A stretch of 63,734 bases of DNA, counting the filler, from Octopus bimaculoides (taxonomy: Eukaryota), in the NCBI RefSeq assembly GCF_001194135.2. It is 5 parts of 5 records of this genome, joined end to end, with 100 filler letters (N's around TTAATTAATTAA, not from the genome) between each part and the next. Parts side by side here need not be neighbours in the genome. Positions count along the whole stretch, not along the records: positions 49,684 to 55,300 come from NC_068998.1; positions 55,401 to 62,178 come from NC_068995.1; positions 62,279 to 63,734 come from NW_026415687.1; 2 more parts are not named here. The stretch is one strand, 5' to 3'. The position numbers and the translations under genes are program-made. Of this stretch, positions 51,831 through 63,734 are shown one piece after another. A model generated the notes under the pieces. It saw only the letters and a program-made list of their open reading frames with translations, did not search any database and was not told the DNA's origin. Positions within the stretch are counted from its first letter, which is position 1; every line of letters begins with the position of its first letter.

Positions 51831-52166
51831 GATGCAACTTTGTATATATATATGTGTGTGTCTAGGAATGACAGTGTTTTATTGAAGTTTCATATATTTA
51901 ATATTCCAAAGAGAAATTTATTTAAAGTAATGTAAAAATAAACATAGAATAAAATATAAGTTTAAAAAAAACATGTGACGTCACTTCATCAGTGGCGTTT
52001 GAAGTCCTTAATGAAAAGAAAGCTAATAAGAAACGTGTAGGATGATATTCATACACATACACACATATACATATAACCATATACACGCATACATACATAC
52101 ACATATACGTATATGCATATATTATAATATATATATATATATCATTATATATATGAGTATGCATAC

Positions 52167-52208
<42 letters not shown>

Positions 52209-52614
52209 ATGTATATATATCAATAAATATTATATATATATTTGTGTATATATACATACCTGTGCATGTGTATATATCAATTTGTTTTCATTTCACCTTT
52301 TCTTTCTATATNNNNNNNNNNNNNNNNNNNNNNNNNNNNNNNNNNNNNNNNNNNNNNNNNNNNNNNNNNNNNNNNNNNNNNNNNNNNNNNNNNNNNNNNN
52401 NNNNNNNNNNNNNNNNNNNNNNNNNNNNNNNNNNNNNNNNNNNNNNNNNNNNNNNNNNNNNNNNNNNNNNNNNNNNNNNNNNNNNNNNNNNNNNNNNNNN
52501 NNNNNNNNNNNNNNNNNNNNNNNNNNNNNNNNNNNNNNNNNNNNNNNNNNNNNNNNNNNNNNNNNNNNNNNNNNNNNNNNNNNNNNNNNNNNNNNNNNNN
52601 NNNNNNNNNNNNNN

Positions 52615-52658
<44 letters not shown>

Positions 52659-53125
52659 CATACATATAATATATATGTGTGTGTGTGTGTGTTTGTGTAT
52701 ATATGGGTGTATATGGAAATATGTTATTACGATGTGTATATACTTTTTTTAGGTTATGTAATATAGTTGAACGATAGACATCTAATTTAATAAACAAATT
52801 GATGTCATGCAAAGAAACGCATGTGTCTATACAAACACGCACAATACGCGCGCGCACACACATGCGCACTCACAAACACACAGACACACACTCACACACA
52901 CGTCATGTATATTGCATCATATATATATATACATATATAATATATAAATATATGTATATATTTAAATATATATATTTGCATTTGTGTAAGTATGTATGCA
53001 TATATATCTATCAATACATACATACATACCTGCATACATACATCCATACATACACTGTTGCTGTATATGTGCGGATGTATATACTTGAATAATGTACAGT
53101 ATATAGTCAGAAATATGCTGTTATA

Positions 53126-53126
<1 letters not shown>

Positions 53127-53169
<43 letters not shown>

Positions 53170-53170
53170 G

Positions 53171-53230
<60 letters not shown>
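53127..53230. repeat. (GATA)n microsatellite at the 3' end of the Tx1-like element
   Basis: Direct reading. Confidence 0.95.
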
Positions 53231-53289
53231 ATTGATAAATACATAGAAAGATAAATTGAGGGGGAGAGAGTGACAGATAGTTAGATAGA

Positions 53290-54372
53290 CAGATATGTTT
53301 CTTTATTGGCCACACTGGACTGAACACAGAGGAGAGCTTTTCTTTTTGGGAAGAGAAGAAAGTAAAAAAAAGGTGGGTAGAAATTCGATCAAAAGGGATC
53401 GTTAAAAAAATGGCCGATCAAAAGGGATCGTGTATCACAGAAATGTCATAATGTAAAGTGGGGAAACAGATTAAGTTTATCCGTGGACAGAAAAGCCTAC
53501 GGAAAAGACCACGGTAACCTCGAGCAATAACGTCATGCCAAAAAAAAAAAAAAACACATTACAGTAATTGACTCGTTTTTCCTTTCTTTTTTTTTTTTGT
53601 TTGGTTCATAGGATTATGCTCAAGGTGGCTCCGTCATTCACACGTGCTATCCTGGCTACATTCACCCATCTTTTGTTGAAGCATTCGCTAGACAAATCTT
53701 CCCTTTCTACTCTCACCTTCCTCTGCAAGTGATACTTGAAAAAGTTGATGAGAGATTGACCAGAGAGGAAAATCTTTGTCTCTAGACATTTCAGACGCGT
53801 CCACCATACACACTCTCCGCAATAGCCACAAGTACGATGGAAATGGCTTTTCCTTCCCGTTTCAAGGAAGGAGGCGCGACAATATTGACGATTGACTCGG
53901 TTGATAAACTGACTCGTCCCACACGGGACAACAGTCGTTCGACATAGGCCCACAGGTCGGAAATGGCTGGACATTGTACGAATGCGTGCAGGTCTTCGCT
54001 CTGACTGCATCTCGGGCAGGTCGACCCCGTGTTTCTCGAGCCGTGCCTGTAGCGTTTATCCCCAACGGGTACTGCTTCTCGATAGCACTGCTAGGCCAGG
54101 GATCTCTGGAAGTTGTCCATAGGTCCCGGCTCGAAAGTCGTTTTGAACAGGCAGGTCAGGTATTCCTCGTCGATGCCCAGGTTCACCCCGAGATCGTCGT
54201 CGTACCTCCACTCCACTAATCCCCTATAGAATGCTTTGGTTGTGTTGCACTCGCTGAAGGTTGACCCAAGACGGCATAGTTGCTCGAGAGCAACGCGATA
54301 CTCGCGGTGCCATTCGCCTTTCCTCAGCCTCTTTTTGATCCACGACTGCAGTTCGGTCTGTGATGTATCCAC
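53290..54372 (-). mobile_element. 5'-truncated Tx1/L1-type LINE: ORF2 C-terminus (zf-RVT/CCHC) and 3' UTR
   Basis: ORF 54091-54372 continues through one TAG into QCYREAVPVGDK...STCPRCSQSEDLHAFVQCPAISDLWAYVE.... After a frameshift it reads CVWWTRLK...FFKYHLQRKVRVER...KRWVNVAR. The 3' UTR ends at AATAAA next to (TATC)n. Confidence 0.85.
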
Positions 54373-54683
54373 CGTTTATACCCCATGGAATATCATCAGG
54401 AAAAGATAAAACAGTTCCACTTTGTAAAACATAACAACAAACTTTTTATGTGTTCTCGTTGCTATGATACTCTCGATAACGAATCTTATTTATTAGAGTG
54501 GTTTCTTGTAATGGCTTTAGGTGTTTTGGGGGGTTCCCTTGTATGGGGGTTTTCCTTTACTTGTTTATCTTTCGCATTGTTTTTATTTGTTTCGTAAAGT
54601 TAAGCAGATTTATCTTTTCCTGGTTTCAAATGATGGCCATTTTGTAACATGATACATTTTAATACTTGTGTGTATGTGTGTGT

Positions 54684-54723
<40 letters not shown>

Positions 54724-54748
54724 GTGATTGTCACAGACATAATGGTGC

Positions 54749-54788
<40 letters not shown>

Positions 54789-55080
54789 TTTTAATGTATA
54801 GTGGAAGTTGAACACATCGCTAATTGTTACTCCGAGTATTGTGGAACGGATCTTAGGGCGGAAAGATCCGAAATTATCCATCTTACATACACCTACACAC
54901 CACTTCACCCACGCATACACACATATAGATATATATATGTGTGTGTGTGTACCAGTATGCGTCTATGAATGTATCTCTCTCTGTCTCTCATTCTGTCTGT
55001 CTGTCTCTCTCTAAACAAAGACATATGTATGTGTGTATCTATGTATGTAGGCTGTTATATGTACAGCACACAGTGCACAC

Positions 55081-55126
<46 letters not shown>

Positions 55127-55300
55127 ATCTCGCATTTTCAGGATGCTACAGAATTTAAGTGCATACAAGCAGAAAAAAAATATTTGAGTAAACATTTAAT
55201 ATACGGAATAAAAAGTTATAGAAGCTTCGATATTTGAACGTAATATGGAAATGTATATATGGATTAATGTATGTATACGTATGTAAGTATAAATATATGC

Positions 55301-55400
55301 NNNNNNNNNNNNNNNNNNNNNNNNNNNNNNNNNNNNNNNNNNNNTTAATTAATTAANNNNNNNNNNNNNNNNNNNNNNNNNNNNNNNNNNNNNNNNNNNN
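55301..55400. other. Artificial scaffold linker
   Basis: 44 N + TTAATTAATTAA + 44 N. Confidence 0.9.
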
Positions 55401-55533
55401 TATATATATATATATATATATATGCATATATATATACATATACAGAAATATGTATATACATATATATATACATATATATGTATATATATGTACATATACA
55501 TACATACATACACATACATACATACATATACAT

Positions 55534-55564
<31 letters not shown>

Positions 55565-55644
55565 TGCAAGCATACATACATGTGTGTGCGTGTGGTTTGT
55601 GTACGAGCGTGTTCGTACGTGTGTGTACTTGTGTGTGTGTGTGT

Positions 55645-55698
<54 letters not shown>

Positions 55699-55850
55699 TG
55701 TGTGTGCTTCAAATCTTCTCTCTAGATTGCTTTCCAGTATAACATTTCATTACTATGCAATAATGTTTCCTGCTTTCTCCATCTTCCATTTTAAACCGAC
55801 ATGCACATGTACACACAGCTACACACGCACACACACTCGTGCTTACACAC

Positions 55851-55881
<31 letters not shown>

Positions 55882-56046
55882 GCATATAGATATCGATAAA
55901 AACATACTTCTGTATGTGAATACCTACACACATTAATACACAAACATTAGTATATATATTGACACACACACAAACACTTGCACAAATGCATACACATGGA
56001 TATGTGGCCACATGCATTTGTATACACATACAATAGACTCATATAT

Positions 56047-56079
<33 letters not shown>

Positions 56080-56327
56080 NNNNNNNNNNNNNNNNNNNNN
56101 NNNNNNNNNNNNNNNNNNNNNNNNNNNNNNNNNNNNNNNNNNNNNNNNNNNNNNNNNNNNNNNNNNNNNNNNNNNNNNNNNNNNNNNNNNNNNNNNNNNN
56201 NNNNNNNNNNNNNNNNNNNNNNNNNNNNNNNNNNNNNNNNNNNNNNNNNNNNNNNNNNNNNNNNNNNNNNNNNNATACATACACATTCACTCATGCACAT
56301 ACATATACATATATACATATATACATG

Positions 56328-56371
<44 letters not shown>

Positions 56372-56584
56372 TGCCGTAACGGATCTTTTCTGTTTAGCTC
56401 TCAGATTTCAATTCTTTTAATTTTGTTCGATTTCTTTCCAAATTTATGTAATTTTGATGTAGTTTTGTATGCTAATTATGGAAATGAAATTCATTTTTTT
56501 GCCATAAATTAATAAATAAAAAAGTTAATGGCTTTTAAACTTTTTAAATTTGGTGTTATTTTAGCCAATCGTAAGCCACAAAGA

Positions 56585-57180
56585 TATTGGAGCCTGTTTC
56601 CATAGTAACAAGTTAAGGTATAGTCTCCTTGCCGCTGCACAGCTGTTGATTACAACAGCTACGTTCTTGAATATGAAGGCCCGCTCCGCTCCGCGACCCA
56701 ATTCAGATTGGAAGTCTTGGGAACATTGTTGCGATAGACGAAACAGTCTTCTGAAGGTGTAAATACAACCGAGGAAGGGTACTACCTGAGCTCTGGGTTT
56801 TTGGAGAAGTGTGCTACGAAACCAGATTTCTTTTCTTTTATGGCAGAATTGCGGAGGAATGCATACGTCAGTCGATTCGTCCAGGAACCACAACTTTTCA
56901 GTGACTTATGGAAAGTCTGCGCTTGCATTCCTGAAATTGATGGTTATAATTTTCGGGGTCGAACAGTGAACCACAGCACTGAGTTCATTAACTCGAAAGA
57001 TGGTACTCACATGCAAGAAAGGGATAGCTCATGGACATCACTGTAAAACGAAATAATAAACGACGATGTGGGGGCCCACCGTTCAATTGTTTGACTCTTA
57101 TATCTACAAATTTATGTGAGGCAGCAGATATGGAAATTGTAATTTATTTGACAAACTCCTGGAATGTATCTCAAACATTT
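56585..57180 (+). pseudogene. Merlin/ISXO2-type DDE transposase pseudogene
   Basis: With frameshifts: TAVDYNSY; PIQIGSLGNIVAIDETVF*RCKYNRGRVLPELWVFGEVCYETR; IRPGTT; FSDLWK; TVNHSTEFINSKDGTHMQERDSSW; FDSYIYKFM*; NLFDKLLECI. These are the diagnostic IDE...KYNRGR, SD.WK.Y, TVNHS and GAHTQ.IE..W blocks. Confidence 0.9.
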
Positions 57181-57254
57181 GGTTTTAAATTTTCGCTACA
57201 AAATTGTATTGCTTGCATGACCAGTTTATATATGTATGTATATATGTATGTATA

Positions 57255-57803
57255 GGCGCAGGAGTGGCTGTGTGGTAAGTAGCTTGCTTACCAACCACAT
57301 GGTTCCAGGTTCATTCCCACTGTGTGGCACCTTGAGCAAGTGTTTTCTACTATAACCTCGAGCCGACCAAAGCCTTGTGAGTGGATTTGGTAGACGGAAA
57401 CTGAAAGAAGCCTGTCGTATATATGTGTGTATATATATGTGTGTGTGTGTGTGTGTGTNNNNNNNNNNNNNNNNNNNNNNNNNNNNNNNNNNNNNNNNNN
57501 NNNNNNNNNNNNNNNNNNNNNNNNNNNNNNNNNNNNNNNNNNNNNNNNNNNNNNNNNNNNNNNNNNNNNNNNNNNNNNNNNNNNNNNNNNNNNNNNNNNN
57601 NNNNNNNNNNNNNNNNNNNNNNNNNNNNNNNNNNNNNNNNNNNNNNNNNNNNNNNNNNNNNNNNNNNNNNNNNNNNNNNNNNNNNNNNNNNNNNNNNNNN
57701 NNNNNNNNNNNNNNNNNNNNNNNNNNNNNNNNNNNNNNNNNNNNNNNNNNNNNNNNNNNNNNNNNNNNNNNNNNATGACTGAAACAAGTAAAAGAGTAAA
57801 GAG
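57255..57803 (+). mobile_element. SINE family B nested in the Merlin element (middle lost in gap)
   Basis: The head GGCGCAGGAGTGGCTGTGTGGTAAGTAGCTTGC...GGTTCATTCCC and internal (TA)/(TG)n precede the gap. The tail ATGACTGAAACAAGTAAAAGAGTAAAGAG follows it, as in 59560-60012. Confidence 0.85.
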
Positions 57804-58880
57804 AATAAAGAGTTTATTTATCTGGATTTGTTTTTGTATTTGTTCGTTTTTTTGGGGTTTTTTTTTTTTTGGCAAAGCGAAAATATTTTACTTTTTATTT
57901 TGTTTACATGTTTGTTCCAACATTTCAGATTACTTTATTCATTAAAATTTCTGTCGTTGAATGTTCTCGTCGTAATGTTATCCTCTCGCACAAAATGCCA
58001 GCTTCCAAATCTTGTTTTCTGGTTGGGTTAAATTAATCAAACTTTAAACTTTTGTAATATTTTTATAATTTTTTTCCTGAAACAAGTGAATAACAAAATC
58101 AGATTCAGCGTGAAAAATTACATCAGTATACCAACTTTGAAAATGTTCATTTAATTTGAAAATTTAAAAAAACTGTGAGCCAAACAGAAAATATCCAGTG
58201 ACTACTCTAAACATATCCAGACATACATACTTTAAATATACGATAAACCATTCGGATATCCCCATCCACACGGACAAACAACACGACAAATACATAGACT
58301 CCGTGAACCAACAACAAGCATAGACACACATTGTCTCATTCGCATATCAATACATGAAACAGACGTAGACATACACATAGACACACATACATAAACACAC
58401 ACACAATACATAGCGTTTCTGTCCTATAGCTACACATTTGTATATGAATGGATCTACATCTGTATCGACGCTGAACATTTCAATTGATCAATCAATTGAA
58501 CTCACAACTATTTGACTGAGTATTCCACAGTCACACCGTTAACGTTATGGTCAGGGAGAATCAGTGTGATATAATTTGACCAAGACTGGATCTATGAATT
58601 TCAGACACGAATCCGTCACGTTTCGGACAGTGGCGGGATGAGGTCTTTTACACACCCACACATTCACACACTCTCTTTCTCTACCCAGTTTCATTATGAG
58701 GCTATCATGAAAGGTACTTGGTCACTATTGCTGCGTCCTGGGATCGAAATTGGTGCCTCGAAGTTGGTGCCTTGAAATCTAAGCGAATTTGTTAACAACT
58801 CGACCTTGCATATGTTCATATTATAGATAGCTCATATGGAAAGACGTTGACATACGTACCACACACACACACACGTATTA

Positions 58881-59089
58881 ATGTTGGTTTCAAATTTTGG
58901 CAATTTCGAGGAATGAGGAGTTAAGTCGATTACATCGCCCCAGTGCTCATGGTACTTATTTTATCGATCCCGAAAGGATGAAAGGCAAAACTGACCTCGG
59001 CGGAATTTGAACTCAGAAATTTAGGAAGGACGAATTGCCGCTAAGCATTTTGCTCGGCGTGCTAACGATTCTGCCAGCTCGCCGCCTTG
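58881..59089 (-). mobile_element. SINE family C, full length, with 12-bp target-site duplication
   Basis: ACACACGTATTA lies at both 58869-58880 and 59090-59101. The head on the minus strand is AAGGCGGCGAGCTGGCAGAATCGTTAGCACGCCG. Confidence 0.9.
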
Positions 59090-59104
59090 ACACACGTATT
59101 AGTC

Positions 59105-59305
59105 GGGAGTTGGCAGAATCGTTAGCACGCCGGGCAAAATTCTTAGCGGCAATTCGCCTGCTGAGATCAAATTCCACCGAGGTCGACTTTGCATTTCATC
59201 CCTTTCGGGGTCGATAAAATAAGTTCTAGTTAAGCACTGGGGTCGATGTAATCGACTTACCCCCTCACCGAAGTTGTTGGCCTTGTGTCAAAATTTTAAA
59301 CTATT
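59105..59305 (+). mobile_element. SINE family C
   Basis: GGGAGTTGGCAGAATCGTTAGCACGCCGGGC...CCGAGGTCGACTTTGC...GGGGTCGATGTAATCGACTTACCCC. Confidence 0.9.
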
Positions 59306-59356
59306 ATTATTCAAATATCTTATTGCCAAAATTTGAAATGAATATTAACATATGTT

Positions 59357-59559
59357 AAGGCGGCGAGCTGGCCGAATCGCTAGCACGCCGACTAAAACGC
59401 TCAGTGGCATTTCGCCTGTCTAGGTTCTGAGGTCAAATTCCGCAGCGGCTGACTTTGGCTTTCATCCATTCTTGTAGATGAAATACGTGCCAGTTGAGCA
59501 CGAGCTCGGCGTAACCGACTTATCCACTCCTATTAAATTGCTGCCTTGTGCCGAAATTT
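59357..59559 (+). mobile_element. SINE family C (diverged)
   Basis: AAGGCGGCGAGCTGGCCGAATCGCTAGCACGCCG...GCCTTGTGCCGAAATTT. Confidence 0.85.
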
Positions 59560-60012
59560 AGGAGTGGCTGTGTGGTAAGTAGCTTGCTTACCAACCACAT
59601 GGTTCCGGGTTCAGTCCCACTGCGTGGCATCTTGGGCAAGCGTCTTCTGCTATAGCCTCGGGCCGACCAAAGCCTTGTGAGTGGATTTGGTGGACGGAAA
59701 CTGAAAGAAGCCCGTCGTATATATGTATATATATATGTATGTATGTGTGTGTGTATGCTTGTGTGTGTGTTTGGTCCCCCCAACATCGCTTGACAACCGA
59801 TGCTGGTGTGTTTATGTCCCCGTAACTTAGCGGTTCGGCAAAAAGAGACCGATAGAATAAGTACTAGGCTTACAAAGAATAAGTNNNNNNNNNNCCGATA
59901 GAATAAGTACTAGGCTTACAAAGAATAAGTCCTGGGGTCGATTTGCTCGACTAAAGGCGGTGCTCCAGCATGGCCGCAGTGGAATGACTGAAACAAGTAA
60001 AAGAGTAAAAGA
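59560..60012 (+). mobile_element. SINE family B, full length, with internal (TA)n/(TG)n
   Basis: tRNA-like head with GGGTTCAGTCCC, an internal microsatellite at about 59718-59770, and tail ...GGCCGCAGTGGAATGACTGAAACAAGTAAAAGAGTAAAAG. Confidence 0.9.
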
Positions 60013-60724
60013 ATATCCTCTGCAATGCATTCCTATATGCACAATCTATCTATCCATCTATGCTTCTTTGTCTCTTTATTTGTGTGTATACGTGTGTATG
60101 TTCTAACATATACTTCCCTCCACAAACACACACAGACACACGCATACATGCACACACGCGCGCACACACGCACACACGCACAAACACATACGTTCGTACA
60201 GACGATTAAATTATGAACGCCGCCTGCTATGTTTCTCCTCCAGTCTTACACTCCATCTGTCTCCAATTCTCTCTTCCGCTCCTTCCAGTTCACTTTCTAT
60301 CTATCCTTCCTTCTTCCCACCACCCTCTCTCACTCTCTTTCTCACACACACATTTGAATAATCTCTCATCCCCCACCCTCACTCTCCTCCTCCACCACCG
60401 CTCTTGTGAGGTGAATCGCTTTCTCATCTCATAACATGGAATCTTGCAGACCAATTTCCATCAATGCAGCCACTTCCGAAATGCACAATGTCACAATGTC
60501 TTCTAATATAAAAGAGAACCAGTCGTTTCCCTTCAAACTGTTCCAAAGACAGCAACATTATACAACCGCATAGAACGGTTAAGAGTAATCTCAACAACAT
60601 TAAAAGAGAGAAAGTTATATACATATATATATGTGTGGGTGTACGACATTTCACATATAATATAATACAATATAATATATATATATTCTTACACTTGTTT
60701 CAGACATTTGACTGCAGCTATATT

Positions 60725-60767
<43 letters not shown>

Positions 60768-60816
60768 AATATATATTTGTGAGAGTAAACGTGCGTATGT
60801 ATGTCAGTGAATACAT

Positions 60817-60849
<33 letters not shown>

Positions 60850-61505
60850 ATTTATAAGAAATTTGAACAAGACTATATACATTATACAGGATTCACTTGA
60901 GAGATATGTGCGCGCTCGTGTATGTGTATGTGCGTGTGTGTGTGTGTGTGTGCGTGTGCGTATGTGTGTGTGTGCGTGGGTTAGAAAACATGAGTCTCAC
61001 AATGAGCGTGCACATGTAGAGAGAGGTTGGCTGGTCGTTATGTTCAGGAATTACACTCAAGATCGATTAATTAAACTTGAAGAAAGAATTTTTATTGTAT
61101 ATACGCTGACAGTGACCTAAACATGTATGCGTGTGTATGTCTGTGTGTGCACGTGTATGATTGTATGTTATATATGTGTGTCTATATCTATATATATATA
61201 TATATATGCGTGTTTGTGTGTATGTGAGTGTGTGTGTGTACGCATGTATGTAAGTATATATATATTCACACACACATATGTATATCGAGCATACACACAC
61301 ACTCATATATATGTATATATTTGTATATGTGGAAGCGTATGAGTTCGTATGAATGTGTGTCTGTGCGTGCGTGTGTGTATATGTTTGTGTGTGTGTATGT
61401 CTGTATGTGCGTGTGTATGTATATATATATATATATGAATAAAACGATAAGTAACGAAATGTAATTTCATGCATATCTTCAATCGCATATGTATATATTT
61501 ATAAA

Positions 61506-61539
<34 letters not shown>

Positions 61540-61578
61540 CACCTACCCACGAATAACTATTTCTCTGTCCCTCACTTC

Positions 61579-61717
<139 letters not shown>

Positions 61718-61875
61718 CACGCACATATGAGATTACAATTTATTGTGCTGTTTTTATCTTTGCTCTGGTGAAAGGTAATTTCCCTGCATAGGAATCCATA
61801 AGGAATTGGGATGATAATAACAAGAAAAACATCAACAACAATATCTGCGACAACGACGTCAACAACAACAACAAC

Positions 61876-61916
<41 letters not shown>

Positions 61917-62079
61917 GATAGGAGTTAACTCAAGTAGGCTTGAAGTAAAAAGAGCAATTTGGATTTCCATTTCATTATCCATATATTTAGTTATCTTCGC
62001 GCATGTATGTGTGTGTTTTTGTGTGTACACACACACTTACATGCATACACACATACAGTCACACGTACGCACACACATA

Positions 62080-62119
<40 letters not shown>

Positions 62120-62137
62120 AGTATATGAGTGTGTGTT

Positions 62138-62169
<32 letters not shown>

Positions 62170-62178
62170 CAAACACGC

Positions 62179-62278
62179 NNNNNNNNNNNNNNNNNNNNNN
62201 NNNNNNNNNNNNNNNNNNNNNNTTAATTAATTAANNNNNNNNNNNNNNNNNNNNNNNNNNNNNNNNNNNNNNNNNNNN
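62179..62278. other. Artificial scaffold linker
   Basis: 44 N + TTAATTAATTAA + 44 N. Confidence 0.9.
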
Positions 62279-62583
62279 TTCTTCTTTTTTGCCTTCTTCT
62301 TTGCCTTCTTCTTAGCCGTCTTCTTTCTTCCTCTTTTCCTCCTCCTCCTTCTTTCCCTTTCTTTGTTTCTTTGTTTCTTTCTTTCTTTAGCACACCATCC
62401 AACAGACGGACAACTTCCTTCGTTCACGAAACAGAAAAGAGCGACCAACTTGGAGAAAATCCGATGGAGTCATCGTTATAAAAATTCGGTTGCGCCAAAG
62501 CGAGGAATAATTCTATAGGGGAGAAATGGCACTTATAAACAACAACAACAACAACAACAATAATCTCGCAACACAATATAATG

Positions 62584-62750
62584 ATTTCAAATTTTGGAAG
62601 AAGACCCAACAATTTTAGTGGGGGTGGTGGTGTGCGAGATGATTACATCGACCCCAGAGTTCACCGTGTACTTCTTTTATCCACCCCGAAGTCGGCCTCT
62701 GTGGAGTTTGAAGTCAGAACGTAAAGAAAGACGAAATACCGCTAAGCATT
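62584..62750 (-). mobile_element. SINE family C (internally deleted)
   Basis: GATTACATCGACCCCAG...CTTTTATCCACCCCGAA...GAAATACCGCTAAGCATTT is the reverse complement of the family C body. Confidence 0.7.
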
Positions 62751-63734
62751 TATATATATGTATATATACACATACATATATACATACTTATATATTTATA
62801 TATATGCATACACACGCACACATACACAGACACATATATATATGCAAGCACACAGACACAGACGCACATACACATAAACTCACACATACACACGTGGATG
62901 CTGCGAAAACCATGCTGGGACACCGCTTTCATATACGCACAAATTTCCGGAGATCTAAATCTTCTATTTACTTTTCCTGGATCCAATTTTAGGAAGTTCT
63001 GTTGTTGTAAGCTAGTTGTTCGGGTACATGGTGGTTAGGTAAACGTCTCAGATGTTGATGTGATGGCTTGGAAATGATATTATACAAGCAGTTATAGATC
63101 ATCTTAACGTCCTTCCCGTCGAAGTGCTTGTTACATTTATGTGCGGCCAGGAAATAATTGCTTAGCAGAGATCGAAAATTCCTATCTTAGAAAGCTGGAG
63201 TAAACGAAAATGTATTAACAACCTACGAAAAATTGGAGGAGGAAAAACGAGAAGTCCAAAGCTACCATTACACCAGTGAAAAGAAAAATATGTATTAAGT
63301 ATTGCGTTCGTTTAAAATATATTACAAAAGAAACGGAAAACAAAAAAATTGAAAACGAAATAATCACCTTAAAGGTTAAAAAACAAAGCGGTAGAAAAAC
63401 AAATTGATAAAAAATGACGAGACTATAAAGACAATTAGGGAGTAATCAAACGGAATCGAATTGAGAAAAGGAACGCAGGAAATGGAGGTATAATGGTAAA
63501 GGGGTATAAATCATTGTACTCTTCAGGGACAATAAATTTTCGTGAGTGAAAAATAAAAGAAAAAAAAACTCAGACAAACTCTTAAATAATCAAGGGAATA
63601 TAAATAAAGAAGCTAATTGAGGAATGGTAAAGGTAGAAACGCCATGTCTTCATACATCATTGAGGGAGGGAGAAAAGTAATCGATCGAAGCGGCCAACAA
63701 GAAAATAGGCGAGTGAGCAAACAGAGAGAAATAT

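Larger units (their letters stand above)
56375..58203 (+). mobile_element. Merlin (IS1016/IS1595-like) DNA transposon, decayed, with TIRs
   Basis: The left end CGTAACGGATCTTTTCTGTTTAGCTC (56375-56400) and right end GAGCCAAACAGAAAATATCCAGTGAC (58177-58202) are imperfect inverted repeats. They flank the transposase remnant. No TSD is visible. Confidence 0.75.

Noticed and set aside
54375-54400. CTGATGA on the minus strand as a hammerhead
   Set aside because: GAAA is absent (TAAAC) and stems I and III do not pair properly.
63100-63734. Possible Tx1/L1 ORF1 remnant (SSYIIEGGRKVI)
   Set aside because: The similarity is too short and too interrupted to support a call.

Overview
AT-rich, repeat-saturated eukaryotic DNA from a draft assembly. 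About 11% is N, and four artificial 100-bp joins (44 N + TTAATTAATTAA + 44 N) split the window into five separately assembled blocks. The microsatellite load ((TA)n, (CA)n, (AG)n, (TAA)n, (GATA)n, (TACA)n) and the SINE families suggest an octopod (Octopus-like) genome; this is inference, not proof. I find no intact host gene, and almost every ORF in the supplied track is a microsatellite or N-gap artefact. The window does hold decayed mobile elements: four R4/Dong-type non-LTR fragments; Tx1/L1-type RT and zinc-finger fragments; RTE, APE-LINE and Penelope-RT remnants; a mariner fragment; a TIR-bounded Merlin (IS1016/IS1595-like) transposon with a SINE nested in it; and at least four tRNA-derived SINE families. 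The most notable observations are (1) a tRNA-headed SINE carrying a minimal type I hammerhead-ribozyme fold (21.2-21.4 kb), (2) an unidentified pseudo-coding region with a tandem 70-codon repeat and third-position-biased divergence (13.4-14.2 kb), (3) a 76-nt pre-miRNA-like hairpin (18.5 kb), (4) a head-to-head SINE pair able to form ~200 bp of dsRNA (58.9-59.3 kb), (5) a foldback plus tandem duplication (46.7-47.5 kb), and (6) a CpG-rich patch with a YY1-like motif that may be a promoter or first exon (51.0 kb). No searches were run; family assignments come from manual translation and motif recognition.
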